From Cycas panzhihuaensis (lineage: Eukaryota > Plantae > Cycadophyta): a stretch of DNA of 64,000 nt. How positions within the stretch are numbered: position 1 is the stretch's first letter; each line of letters begins with the position of its first letter. The notes beneath the pieces were generated by a model. It searched no databases. It saw only the letters and a list, made by a program, of their open reading frames with translations, and was not told the DNA's origin. This document shows positions 1-12,095 of the stretch, in pieces. The position numbers and the translations under genes were made by a program. The stretch is taken from positions 213,101,741 through 213,165,740 of the forward strand of contig CM041465.1 in assembly GCA_023213395.1 (NCBI GenBank), read 5' to 3'.

Positions 1-2108
1 TTTTTTCAAATGAAGAGGTATCTTAAATGCTTAAGTTTAGTAGCTTCAAAGATATACTAAATAATGTCAGAATAATGTGAAATTATACCAGTATGAAGAT
101 GAACAAAAGAACTATTCAATGGAATAGACCATTTTGAAAATGGGTTCCTATAAGTCAAGATTTAAGAAACTAAAGATATAGTCCTCTTTTTTAGGCCTAA
201 CGAGAGCCTAGAGCTAAAAATATTATAAAAATACTAATAAAAACTTGTAAAATACTATAGAATGATCAATTATAGTTTATAAGGCTGCTTAATATACTTT
301 TCAATTGAAAACTTTAAGAAATAATATATAAAAAATGTATAATAATGGAAGATTAGAGGCTATTAAGTACCTCTAATTTGATGGCCTTAAAAATTACAAA
401 AAACACTTTAAAACTTATAAATAATAGTGTCAGTTTGAAGAAGAGTGAGTTAGCTTCCTAGAAAAACTAACAGATCTGAATTCTGATGTAAAACAGAAAA
501 GTTATAATGAAAATGGCAACAAGCACTTTTATGGTAAAATGTTTAAATAGTGCTAAAGTGTCAAGTTCAGTGATTCAAATAATAATTAAAATAAATCCTA
601 AAAAATAGAATAAATAGATGGTAATAAAGTTTGTTGATAATAGATGACTACAGAATAGATTTAGGTGGAAAATAGTCTTCTGGTGATAAGATATAATCTG
701 ACAAAAAAGTGATTTTATGAAAATAGTTTAAAATAGCTTTAAAAAATAATGATCGACTTTAAACTTACTAAAAATGGGTTAAATCGGCTCCAAATAGGTC
801 ATATGACCAATCAAAATCATACCTCAGAAAATTCTAGATTCAATGGAATAGGTTTCGTTAGAAAATAATGATCTTGTTAAAAGTTATGGCAAAATTTGCC
901 AGGTACCCTATGTGAACTGAAAAAATTTTTAAAAATAAAAGAAAAATATAATAAAGATTATGTTAGCCCCTTTAACAAAAATGACTAACGGTCATGTGTG
1001 ATAAAATAAGACTAAGGGCTAAGCTTAAAGGGGCTTTAGGCCTTTTAAAAATAGAATTGAAATAATATTAAATTTGTATTTATTAAATCAACAACTTTAT
1101 AAAAGATTAAATAAAAAATAATGTAGAGAGACGCGGTTGAACCTGTGTGGCAGCCCGCGTAGCAAAACAGAGGCTAAAATCACCAAAAAAAGTGATCAAA
1201 TTGATCGATCTAAAGGCAAAAATTAGACGCTAAGATCCTACTGATGGATCAAGGGAAAATTTCAAAGAAATTTAAATTTTTTTATCAAAAAAGAACAGTG
1301 AAAAGAATGATAGTAGATGGCAGACTGAGAAAATAGTGATATACAAAGGCTAAATTTTATTGATCAGTCTCAAATCTGAGATGACATAAACTTATGGAGA
1401 GGTGCCCAAGTAAGAAGATTTAGATTTCATAAAAAATTTCAAAAACAATGAGAAAAATGATGAAAAAACTTGGTAAACTATGGTTTTAATCATGTTAGAG
1501 GTTGGATCTCACTGTACAGGCCATAGAATGAGACAAAATTTGACAGGTAGCAAGGTGTCTTGAATGGCCAGGTGCTTGTAAAATTTCACAGTGATCCATT
1601 ACCTATGCATTGAGAACTAACCTATAGACTAAATGGAGGCCAAACTAGAGTAGTAGTCAATCCAAATGAAATATCTTATTGTCTGGTCAACAAAATTTTA
1701 AACTGTTTCTTCCAATGGCTTGCTAACTCAGTAAGGATCACAACAAGTGGTTACTTTCTAGGGTTTTAAGTGCCAGATCTATTGCATAAGCTCACCAAAC
1801 CAAGGGTATCAAGTCGCCGAAAAATAGAAAACGTGAAAAATAAAAATAATATGAAAATTTTTAACCAAATAAACTTTATAAAGTTTAAAATTTAATATAA
1901 ATAATCAAACCAGTAGTGTTGTAGATGCACTGTAGCTACCCAAAATCTAAAGAAAATAGTGAAATAGACAATAAAATCTATAGTATAACTTCTCCAAGAG
2001 GCTTTTTAGGTTGAATATGTACCAAAACTTGCACATAACTTAAAGAGAAACTTGAAAAAATGGTTAAATATATGATAAAATATGTAGATCTAAAAGAAAA
2101 CTTAAATA

Positions 2109-2208
2109 AATATTGCAGATCTGAAGTAAGTATTATAGATCTAAAGCAAATATTATAGATTTGTAGCCAATATTGTAGATCTAAAGTAAATATTGCAAAT
2201 ATAAACAA
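2109..2208. repeat. five ~20-bp tandem repeats (aatattgtagatctaaagta consensus) in the leader of A
   Basis: Units read directly: aatattgcagatctgaagta / agtattatagatctaaagca / aatattatagatttgtagcc / aatattgtagatctaaagta / aatattgcaaatataaacaa. Confidence 0.8.
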
Positions 2209-2691
2209 AATAAACTAGAAAAATAGTCAAATATTTGATGAAATAAGTAGATCTGAAGAATATATAGAAGATCTGAAGAAAAACTTTGAATAAATATTAC
2301 TTACAGTTGTGCTCCTATACAAATATGAAAAAAATATTAGACAAACATACAAAATATACTTGAAAAATGTTAAATATTTAACAGAAATATATAAAACTTA
2401 TTAATAAAACCTATGTAGAGTGATAAAAATTTGATATTTGCTATTTGTAGCTATGAACCTACACAAATCTGGAAAAAAAAAATCTAAAATATATTTATTA
2501 TATCATAAGTATATCTTCAAAAATAATCAGATCTTTAATAAAAAAATACAAGAAACTGCTAATAAACATTTTAGAAAATGAATATAACCAATCTTTCTTG
2601 CTGTGAGTAAATCTGTATAAAAAATGCTAGTAGATCTTCTTGCTCTTTAAAAAACTTCAACAGGCTAGCAAAATGCTAATAGATCAACCTG

Positions 2692-2704
2692 GGCTCTGAT
2701 ACCA
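2692..2704 (-). promoter_or_regulatory. primer-binding site (tRNA-iMet)
   Basis: TGGTATCAGAGCC on the minus strand directly after the LTR end. Confidence 0.9.
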
Positions 2705-2706
2705 AA

Positions 2707-3138
2707 TGAAGGAGTAGATGCAGGCCCAAATAACTTTAATACAAAATGTAGGAAAATAATTGATGGAGAATAGGGCAGAACATAAATAAATAATCATAGA
2801 TCAATATATTATTGTTGCATAAACACAAGATCCTTTGTATTTAATCCATTGTTGTAGAAGAGAGTATTACAAATGTCTAAAAGTAGGCAGTGTCTAAAGA
2901 CACCAAGGTTGCACACCCTTCAAAATATATAGTTTGGACAAGGAGAGAAACTCCTTAACCCCTAAAATTTAAATAATAATTAAATAATAACTTAATTTAA
3001 CTCAAATTAACTTAAATCAAATCAACCTTACCTTATACTTACCTACACATATGAGCACCCACATGTGTAAATTGATAAGAGTGAGGTGTGCACTCCTGGT
3101 TAGAAGGAGGGAGGGGGTGATGAGCATTAACCCCAATA
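2707..3138 (-). repeat. 5' LTR of element A (~432 bp)
   Basis: The minus strand begins TATTGGGGTTAATGCTCATCACCCC (cf. TGTTGGGGTTATATTCATCACCC in B) and ends CCTTCA two bases before the PBS. Confidence 0.8.
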
Positions 3139-3294
3139 AGGATTTTCTTATTCATGCACCTAGTTTTATTCGTTCTTGCTTTAATATTATATTTTTCATG
3201 AGACTTTTTTTTGCTCTTATTTCTTACTTTGTTGTCAATGTTTATTGGTATTAAAATTTTGACCTCCAATTTTCTAGTTATTTTATGGTTTAAG

Positions 3295-3519
3295 CCTCCA
3301 ATAACTATGTCAAAGTTTGGACTTATGTTAAAGTTTGGTCCTACAATAACTATGTCGAGGTTTAGACTTATGCCAAAGTTTGGTCCTCTAGAAACTATAT
3401 TGAAGTTTGAACTTATGTTGAAATTTGATCCTCCAATAACTATGTTGAGGTTTGGACTTACATAAAAGTTTTTACCTTTAGTAACTTTATCAAAGTTTGT
3501 ACCTTTATCAAAGTTTTCT
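3295..3519. repeat. five 45-bp tandem repeats upstream of the Copia gag remnant
   Basis: Unit cctccaataactatgtcaaagtttggacttatgttaaagtttggt; it accounts for the periodic ORF 3211-3465 (PPITMSKFGLMLKFG). Confidence 0.85.
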
Positions 3520-3565
3520 CAAGTAGTAATATTGTGGGCCCACTCTCTATTAAAATATAATGGCA

Positions 3566-4119
3566 TTACCTAGAGCATTATATACTCTCTTTGTGAGAAA
3601 AATGATGACTCCAAAGTGATCATGCTAAAAGCATGCTTATATGTTATACCTTTTGTTGGTTCTATTCCCTCATATATGACCAAGTCAAGTCTATTAAGAA
3701 CTAGCTCAATACTCTTAGAGCTAATCTTTCAAACCATAACCTTCTTGCCAATGTCATAATTATCCTTACCTCTATATATAATATTTTTATCTCTCATCTA
3801 TCTAATGACTTTGCCACTATAGACTTTAATACCTTAGAAGGAATACTACTAAAGGAATGGAATATCTTAAACCATCAAGGAGCAATATCCTCTTCTAACA
3901 GTGCTCCCATATTCATAACTAAGAATCATAGAAGAAATCAATCTTAATAGTAGCCTCTTGTACAATAGTTTAGTTCTCTGAATTTGAATCAACTACCATA
4001 ATAACCATAACAAATAAGAAACCAATAAATGAGACATAATATTACCTGCTTATATTATGGTGAACATAGCAATGTGATCTTAGACTACAAAAAAAGATAA
4101 TATGATTTATAACATGTAC
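3566..4119 (+). pseudogene. gag: Copia gag remnant (UBN2-like domain and degenerate zinc knuckle) of the host Copia split by element B
   Basis: Manual translation with stops and a frameshift: SIIYSLCEKNDDSKVIMLKACLY...IKN*LNTLRANLSNHNLLANVIIILTSIYNIFISHL...DFNTLEGILLKE, then ITCLYYGEHSNVILDYKK (decayed CCHC). Confidence 0.7.
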
Positions 4120-4445
4120 TGTTGAGGTTAATATTCATCACCCCACTCCTACCATTTACATATGTGAGTGCACACATATGAAGGTAAGTAAGGTAAGGTT
4201 AAAGTTACTTTAGTTAAGCATTACTTTATTATATTTTAAATTTTGGAGGTTGAGGAGGTTTCTCTCCTCCCTCAAACTATATCTTTACTAGGGTGACAAA
4301 CCCTGGTATCTTTTGACACCACCTTCTTTTGGAAAGTTGTATATGCTCTCAATAATGGATTGACTATAATACTTTTGTTTATGCTCATGTAATACAATGG
4401 CTTGATTATTTGATCTCTGCTCTGTCTCTATTTTACAAACCTTCA
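4120..4445 (+). repeat. 5' LTR of element B
   Basis: TGTTG...CCTTCA; direct repeat of 15545-15874. Confidence 0.92.
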
Positions 4446-5580
4446 TTTAGTATCAAAGGTAGATTTTGGCTTATTGAAGTTCTTTTTTTTTAGAATAAGA
4501 AGATCCATTAGTTTCTGAAGCAGATCTACTCATGATAAGCCAAATAATGGTTCTATTCATTTTCTATAAAGATTATTAGCAGTTTCTTATATTATTTTTT
4601 ATTAAAAATATGATAATTTCTAATTTATATTTATAAAATAACCCATATCTTCATAGATCTATATAGGATCATAGCCATAATCAGTAAAATATTCAAGATC
4701 TCATCATTTTATGAAGTTTCTATTAATACGTTTGGTATATTTTATTAAATATTGGGTTATTTTTTTTGTATTTAGTCTATTTACTTAATATTTTTTCATA
4801 TCTATCTAATAATTACTACATATTCAGCCCAACAGGTTCTTTTAAGAAGTTATACTAAGATTTTATTTCATATTTTATAAGATTTTATTGTCTATTCACT
4901 ATTTTTTCAAGGTTTAACAAGGAACTTATACTTTTACAAGATGGTGTAGTCTCCATGGTAAATGAAACCCTAGTAAATCACTAGTCATTTCAAAGCTTTC
5001 TAAGTCTACTCTGTATTGGATTTGACAGTTTTGATTTTTGATACTCTGACAAAGAGATCTCCCTCTTGGAAGCTCGACTATTTTTTGGCAGTAAAACCCC
5101 ACTACTCCTCCCCTCGTTTACTTGTTTTAGCTTATTTTTTCATCAAATTTTGTGTGACAAGGGTGTAGGTTCGATACAAGATAGACCAAGCAAGTTCAGT
5201 CTAATTTTAAGTATTTCTTAGGTTGTACGGTCTCCATAAAGGCATACAACCTCCCTGGGATCTAGAGCTTCATTCTTTGCATATAAGCATCTGTTTGTCA
5301 CAAAATTTGACAAGAATCTTTTCATCAACTATATCAATCTACTCCTCCAGTTTCGTCAGATTTTGTCTCTCCATTAGTGAGATCCAGCCTCTAGAATCAT
5401 CTCAGGCTCCTGTTTCTCAGGTTCTTTATCATTTTATTATTTTTCTTGAAATTTTTTACACAATTAAAGTCTCCCTACTCGGACACCCCCTATGTGCTTG
5501 CTTCAACTCAAATTTAAGAATTTGTTATTTTTAGCCCCTGTTGAGCATCACTACTCCCTGTTTTGTGTGTCGTCTATTTT

Positions 5581-5752
<172 letters not shown>

Positions 5753-5927
5753 TCCTTTTTCTTTGATTTTTTCACATCAATTTGACCAAATTTGGGTGGC
5801 GATCTGTGCCCCCTAGTAGTGTCTCTCCATCTGGTGTTTTTTTTTATCGTTTCAATTGAATCTTCACTTTCCACCTCCCCCTCATCTCTGCGCATAAGCC
5901 TCCCTCATATTCACTTTAATAAGCATA

Positions 5928-5994
<67 letters not shown>

Positions 5995-5998
5995 TATA
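5928..5998. repeat. (TATC)n(TA)n microsatellite
   Basis: Read directly. Confidence 0.9.
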
Positions 5999-6150
5999 GT
6001 GATTTCTATCTGATGTGGCTGGACCATGGTGGAGGGTTGACTCATCTTCCTTTTATACCATTGGATCAATCAATTTGGTCCATTCTTTGCTCTAGTTCAT
6101 CCTCCGTCTTTTCACAAGCTATCGTCAACTTTCAGATCGTTGGCTTTTAC

Positions 6151-6498
6151 TCTGAAATCTGCAAGCTTTGTTGGCCAGAAACGCATGTTTCTATCTTTAG
6201 CAGGCAAAGTCATTAAAAATAGCATATCTCCCTAGTCCATTCATTTATCTTCTGAAACAATGAAGGCCTGACCATATCCTTAGTTTAAATAATGATCTGT
6301 TCTCATCGTATTCATTAGTTATTGGGCGTACTCACTCTTCTCTTCTAGAGGAAGTTGAAAGAATTCCCTGACAACTCTTCTCATTCAGTTAGACGTAGGT
6401 ATTTTGTGATTCGCCAACTGGAAAAATCCCCATTCCTCATAGGTGATTGTAAGATCTCTCACCTCCATGAGCATTGTGCAGGTGCCTAAATCGATTAC
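6151..6498 (-). pseudogene. captured fragment of a 2-oxoglutarate/Fe(II) dioxygenase gene (DIOX_N domain, SRG1-like)
   Basis: One frame, 116 codons, 5 stops: VIDLGTCTMLMEVRDLTITYEEWGFFQLANHKIPTSN*MRRVVREFFQLPLEEKSEYAQ*...*GYGQAFIVSEDK*MD*GDMLFLMTLPAKDRNMRFWPTKLADFR. It matches the family motifs VIDL, EEWGFFQLxNH, FFxLPLEEK, GYGQAFxxSEDQKLDWGD and WP. Confidence 0.9.
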
Positions 6499-7989
6499 TC
6501 AACCCACATAAGTCACCAACGTTTCATGTGTTTCATCGATATTTTATATTCTTTGATTAATAATATATTTTATTAAGGTTATAAATATTTTAGCATTTTT
6601 AATAATGTTTAAAATGTGTTTAATAAGGTTTAATCCCCCTTAAAGTTACTACCCCCAGTCACATCAACACTTCGTGACCTTTGGTTTATTTATTAAAGGG
6701 GCTAATTCAACCTTGTAAATTTTTATTTTTATTTTTTTTCTAATACATAAGGTATCTGGCTCTTTTTTTACAATATCTTTTCACTAGGGTACCAGTTTCT
6801 AATGAAACCTATCTCGTTGCATCTAGAATTTTGTGGGTTGTAATTTTGACTAGTTATTTGCTACCTTTAGAGCCAATTTGACTTGATTTTTATGAGTTAA
6901 ATTTAATCTTTTTTTTTTTTCAAAGTTTTTTTGAGTTATTAACATAAAAAGTACCTTCCACTATTTTTAATATAATTTTTCTATTTAATATCAGATTCCA
7001 AGTCCATTAGTTTTGTTGGGAAGTTGACTCATTTCTCTTTAAATTGATATATTTATTTATAAGTTTTAAAGTTTTTTTGTAAACTTTCAAAGTAAACAAA
7101 GTTGAGGTATATAAAAGCTCCTAATTTACCATTATTATATACGTTTACACATTGTTTCTTAAGTTTATTGACTCAAAGCATATTAAGCAGCTCTTTAGTT
7201 TATATTTGATCATTTATACATTATTTTATAAGATCTTATTAGGAGTTCGTGATCTTTTAAGCCCCATGGCTCCCATTAAGCCCCAAAAATGGGTCATATA
7301 ATTTGTGCATTAAAATCTTGACTTGCAGGAACCTGTTTTCCAAAGGGTCAACTCCACTGGATAGATATTGTATTACTCTTCAATCTAGTATAATCTCATA
7401 TTAATCTGATATTGTTTAGAATAGCTTTGAAGCTGATCAACTTGAGCATTCGATTTATCCCAGCAGGCTTGTCCTCTTAACTCTTTAAGAAGTTCTTTCT
7501 TACAACAAGCTTTATTTACCTTATTAATTACTCATGATATATGTTTGAAGCTTTTATTTGACTTTTATATAATTTCTTCTAAGCTAATTTATAGCAAAAG
7601 GTCGATCACGTACATCTAAAACAAGCGATAAGCTAAGTGGTCCTACATACGAAATCAAGTATAATTTCCTATTTTGGAAGTTTCTTCTTCATTTTTTTTC
7701 ATCTTTCTAAAGAAAATATATATATATTAGAATTTCTGCATCATATATCTTTTTTTTTTATAAGATAAAATTGAATTTTTAGTGGGTTTGAAACAGGATC
7801 CCATAACCTAATACATCAAAGAATTTTGTGTAACCAAGTTATAGATGACCGTGACAACCCCACAGTCTAGGCCAGAGAACTAGTTGCCAAGACAAGCCCC
7901 ACGGCTAGTTGTTATGTACCATATCCTTCTCAACTAGAACCATAAGGTCCCTAGGGAAATCGCTCTTCCACACTTAATCTTTCTTGTTC

Positions 7990-10900
7990 CTCACCCCCCA
8001 GTTTGCCAAAAAATCAGCTGGTTTGTTGCCTTCTCTCAAAGTGTGTCTTATATAAACATCTACCAATCCCTTAATGATCTCCTTGGCATCATTGAATAAG
8101 GGCTAAAATCTCCAGTCTGGGAGGGTCGTACGTTTCAATGTATTTAACACAACTTCTGAATCCCTCTCAATTACCAGTCGCTGAATGTTTCCTTCCAGGG
8201 CTAGGTCTAAGGCTTTAAGCATAGTGTACATCTCTGCATAATGGTTTGTTTAGCATTCATAGTACTCCGCAAAGGCCCAAATTGAAGTACAATTGTAGTC
8301 CCTATAAATAACCCCTCCCCCAGCTTCTCCGGGGTTCCCTTTTGCCGCCCCATCAAAGTTAATTTTAATCCAGGGCTCCTCTAGAGGCTGTCAACTGCTA
8401 CATCTGGGCTTTACCACCTCGAAAATAGGCTCTATACCCCATTTACACAGGATCCTATTCTCAGCTAGGGATATGCATTTTTCATTAATATTTCTAATAT
8501 TTTCTCTAATGTCTATACAGATTCTATTGAAAATAGTAATCTAATCCATCTGATTCGCCTTGAAAATCCTACGGTTCCTCTCTTTCCAGATGTTCCATGC
8601 TAGAATCAGAAGTGCATTCTTTTAGATACAGTGCAATGTTCTACTTCTGAATGGGCTAAGCCAAGCAATCTAGAAATCAACAATCTTTTCCAAGAATGTC
8701 CAACAGACCTCCAGTTTTTCAAGCAGCATCCTCCATACCTCCCTTATGAAAGAACACTCAAAGATGATATGGTCCATGGATTCCTCTTCAGTGCAACATA
8801 GAATACATCTGTTCACTAGCAAAAAGCCTCTCTTCTTAAGGTTATCAACAGTGAGAATTTTATTCATAAGACAAGTCCACCAAAAGATAACTATCTTAGG
8901 GATGATAGGGAGCCTCCATACACCTTCCAATATTGGATTACTTTGGTCCCCTCTTGTTAAGCATAAGTAGTGGTATCCTTGTTTAACAGTGCATTCCTCG
9001 GACGAGCTCAAAGGCCACACAATCGAATCCAATGAGGGTATTCTAGGGATGTAGCTCTTTCCTAGAATCCTTTTGATCTCATTAAGACCCTCATGCAATC
9101 TTTCTCCCTAGATTTCCTCTAAAGTCCTCCAGTTCCTATTCCTTCCACTCCCAGTCCAATAATCTTTTATAAGTATACCGTAATGCCTGACACAAGGACC
9201 CATGATAGGAACCAGATCTAGGTATTCCTTTAGAGCCTTGTCATAGCACCACACATCCTCCCAAAATCTAATGGAGTTGCCATCTCCTAGTTTCCATTTC
9301 AGGCCATTCCTTATAGCTTTCCAAGCTTTAAGAATGCTCCTCCAGATGGTTGAACCAACCTGAGAAGCATTGTTATCTATAGGAGAGCCCCCTTGGATAT
9401 ATTTTCTTGATAAGATCCTCTACGATAGCCTCTCTCCCCTTTTGAATAATTGCCAACCCAACTTTGCCCTCAGAGCAGCATTGAAGGGAGAGAGCCTTCT
9501 TAGGTTGAGGCCACCAGCCCATTTCAGGGTATAGACCTTATTCCAACTCATCAAATATATCCTATCCTTGCTTTCAGCCCCAAACCATAGGAATCTCTTC
9601 TGAATGGATTCAATAGTGTCTGAGATGCCCGACGAAACTCTAAAGATAGACATCCAAAAAATAGGAATGCTCTGCAGCGTAGAAGCAACAAGCTAGAGTT
9701 TTCTAGCTAAACTTAAAAGGGTGTCTTTCCAGCCTGCCAACTTCCTTTACATCCTATCAATAAGGGGGTTCCACATATCCTTGGTCATTTTCCCCACAAA
9801 GAGGGGTAAACTAAGGTAAGTTATGGGGAGTTTTTTGATACCCATCTCAAGGATTCTGCTAATCCTACCTTGGGTACAGCCTGGGGTATTTATGAAAAAG
9901 ATATTACTTTTGTTCAGGCTTATTATCTGGTTCATGGCCTTTTTGAAATGACCCAAGATCTCTTTTAATTTGGATGCCTCCCTTACAGCAGCCTTCCCTA
10001 AGAAAATATTATCATCCACAAATTGATGATGGGCCACGTTATCCATCCTAGATGTCAGTTTAATACCATTTATAATCCCTTGCCTCTTAGCGGACTCAAT
10101 GGTTCTACCCAATAACTCAGCCATCGTGATGAACAGGAAGGGTGAGAGGGGGTCGCCCTATCTCAACCCCCTGAATCCAGGAAAAAAGTTAGAAGATGAG
10201 CCATTGATGATAATTGAGAATTGCAGGTTACCAATACACAGCTTTATCCATGACTGCCAAGTTTCCCCAAAGCCAAAAGCCTCAAGGCAATCAAGCAAGC
10301 ACTCCCAGGAAACCCTATCAAAGGCTTTTGTAAGATCAATCTTAATGAGCATCACAGGCTCCTTTCTTTCTGCAGCTAAGTGAATTATTTCGTGGACAAT
10401 GATATAACCATCATAGATCTGTCTGCCCTGGAGAAAACCATCTTGATTATGGGAGATGATGTTTGGCATGATTTTCTGTAGTCTGTTAACCAGCACCTTA
10501 GTTATGATCTTGTATTTAACATTACAGAGACTAATGGGGCGAAACTCTTCCATCCTTTTTGTCCCATCTTTTCTTGGGATGAGAATGAGGAATGTAGTCT
10601 GCTATTCCTGCATAATCTTTCTATTTACATAAAACTCCTGTAAAGCATCCATAAGATCCCCCTTTATAATATCCCAAAATTCTTGGAAAAACCCTAGAGG
10701 AAATCCATCGAGGCCTAGAGCTTTATCTTTCTTCATACCAAAGAGCGTTGCCCTGACTTCTTCTAGGGTGAATGGAGCTGTTAACTGAGAATTTTAAGCT
10801 TCATTCACCAAACAGGGGATATTGTTAAGGAAATCCTTCCTCTTTTCCACATCCCCATCTTGTGGTTCAGTAAATAATTCCTTGAAATATTCACTGGCCA

Positions 10901-12095
10901 ACTCCTTCATGCCCTCAACCGAACTTACTATTGAGCCATCTTCCTTTTGTAGACTAGTGATTCTATTGTTCGCCCTATGTTTGGCTGTGGTCAAATGGAA
11001 AAATCTAGTGTTTCTGTCTCCTTCAGCCAGCCACAAAGCCCTAGATTTTTGTCTCCAATGAATTTCCTCTTTAGTGAGTATCTCCTCTAGGGCCTCAACC
11101 AGCTCCTTCTCTGCCTTATCTAGCTCCGGGGATCTGCCTAATCGTTCAATCCAGTCCCCTATTTATTTTAGATCACGGATGGTTTTGTCCTTCTATTCAT
11201 TTATATTATGAAATACTTCCTTGTTCCATACCTTCACTTCTCTTTTGACCCAGTCCAGCTTCTTTGAGAATCTATACATTGTATGTCCTTTAATATCAAT
11301 GCCCCACCAATCCTCGATCCTCTTCCGAAGATCTGGATGGAGAAGCCACATTAATTCGAATCTGAATGGAGCCCCGTTGAATTTGCCTGGATCCAAAAAT
11401 TATAGTAAGAGGGGCGAATGGTCAGAATTAATCCTCAGTAGAGCCTCTAGGGTGAAGTCATTGAAACATCTCATCCATTCAAAGTTAACCAGCACCCTGT
11501 CTAATTTGATTTGAATTAGGTTATCCCCCAAACACTTATTGGACTAGGTAAATGAAGCACCCTTGAGTTTGACATCCTCCAGACCCCCCTGCTATAGGAA
11601 GTCACTGAACTCGCTCATGCTAGATATCCATCCACTGGAACCACCTCTCTTGTCCCTTGGGGATAATGCCAAGTTGAAGTCTCCTGCTAGAAGCCATGGG
11701 TGTCAGCATTTCCTATGGGCCTCCAGCAATCTATCCCAAAGCCTCTTCCTGGCCTCTTGATGATTTGGGGCATATACATTTCTGGTAAGCCAAGTAATGT
11801 TGTTACTTTTATTCATTAACTGCACCAAAATAAAGGACTCTTCTACCAGAAAATTTTCACTCGACCATGTTGACAGGTTCGATAGCACCATTAAGCCCCC
11901 GACTCCTTGGGCATAGTCAGTCTTGGTACCTTTAACATTTTTCCAAATTTTGTTCCTAATTTTTAGTCCATTCTCCTTGCACAGTTTGGTTTCTTGCAAG
12001 AAAATCAGATTTGGGTGATATCTATTCCTCATGTCCCTAATAATTCTCTGCTTCGAAGGGGCATTGAGATCCCTAATATTCCATGATATAATTTT
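7990..12095 (-). pseudogene. L1 ORF2 (AP endonuclease, reverse transcriptase, zf-RVT, RNase H), interrupted by stops
   Basis: IISWNIR..LQETK; FRFELMW; WLAEGDRNTRFFH; FRPISLCN; QFVDD; CILC..EESMDHI; WIKINFDGAAKGNPGEAGGG (starting at 8372). Confidence 0.95.

Larger units (their letters stand above)
1..3138 (-). mobile_element. LTR retroelement A, 5' part only (LTR, PBS and long non-coding leader); same family as element B; runs off the window start
   Basis: LTR 2707-3138 is homologous to B's LTRs, and a tRNA-iMet PBS (rc of gctctgatacca) lies at 2693-2704. The reverse complement of 1-2700 aligns in blocks with 4446-7460, e.g. 121-166 with 7311-7357. Confidence 0.85.

Noticed and set aside
3295-3519. 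Regular repeats (also 2109-2208 and 36650-36820) that might suggest a CRISPR array
   Set aside because: Contiguous degenerate units with no unique spacers, no cas genes, and a eukaryotic TE context.
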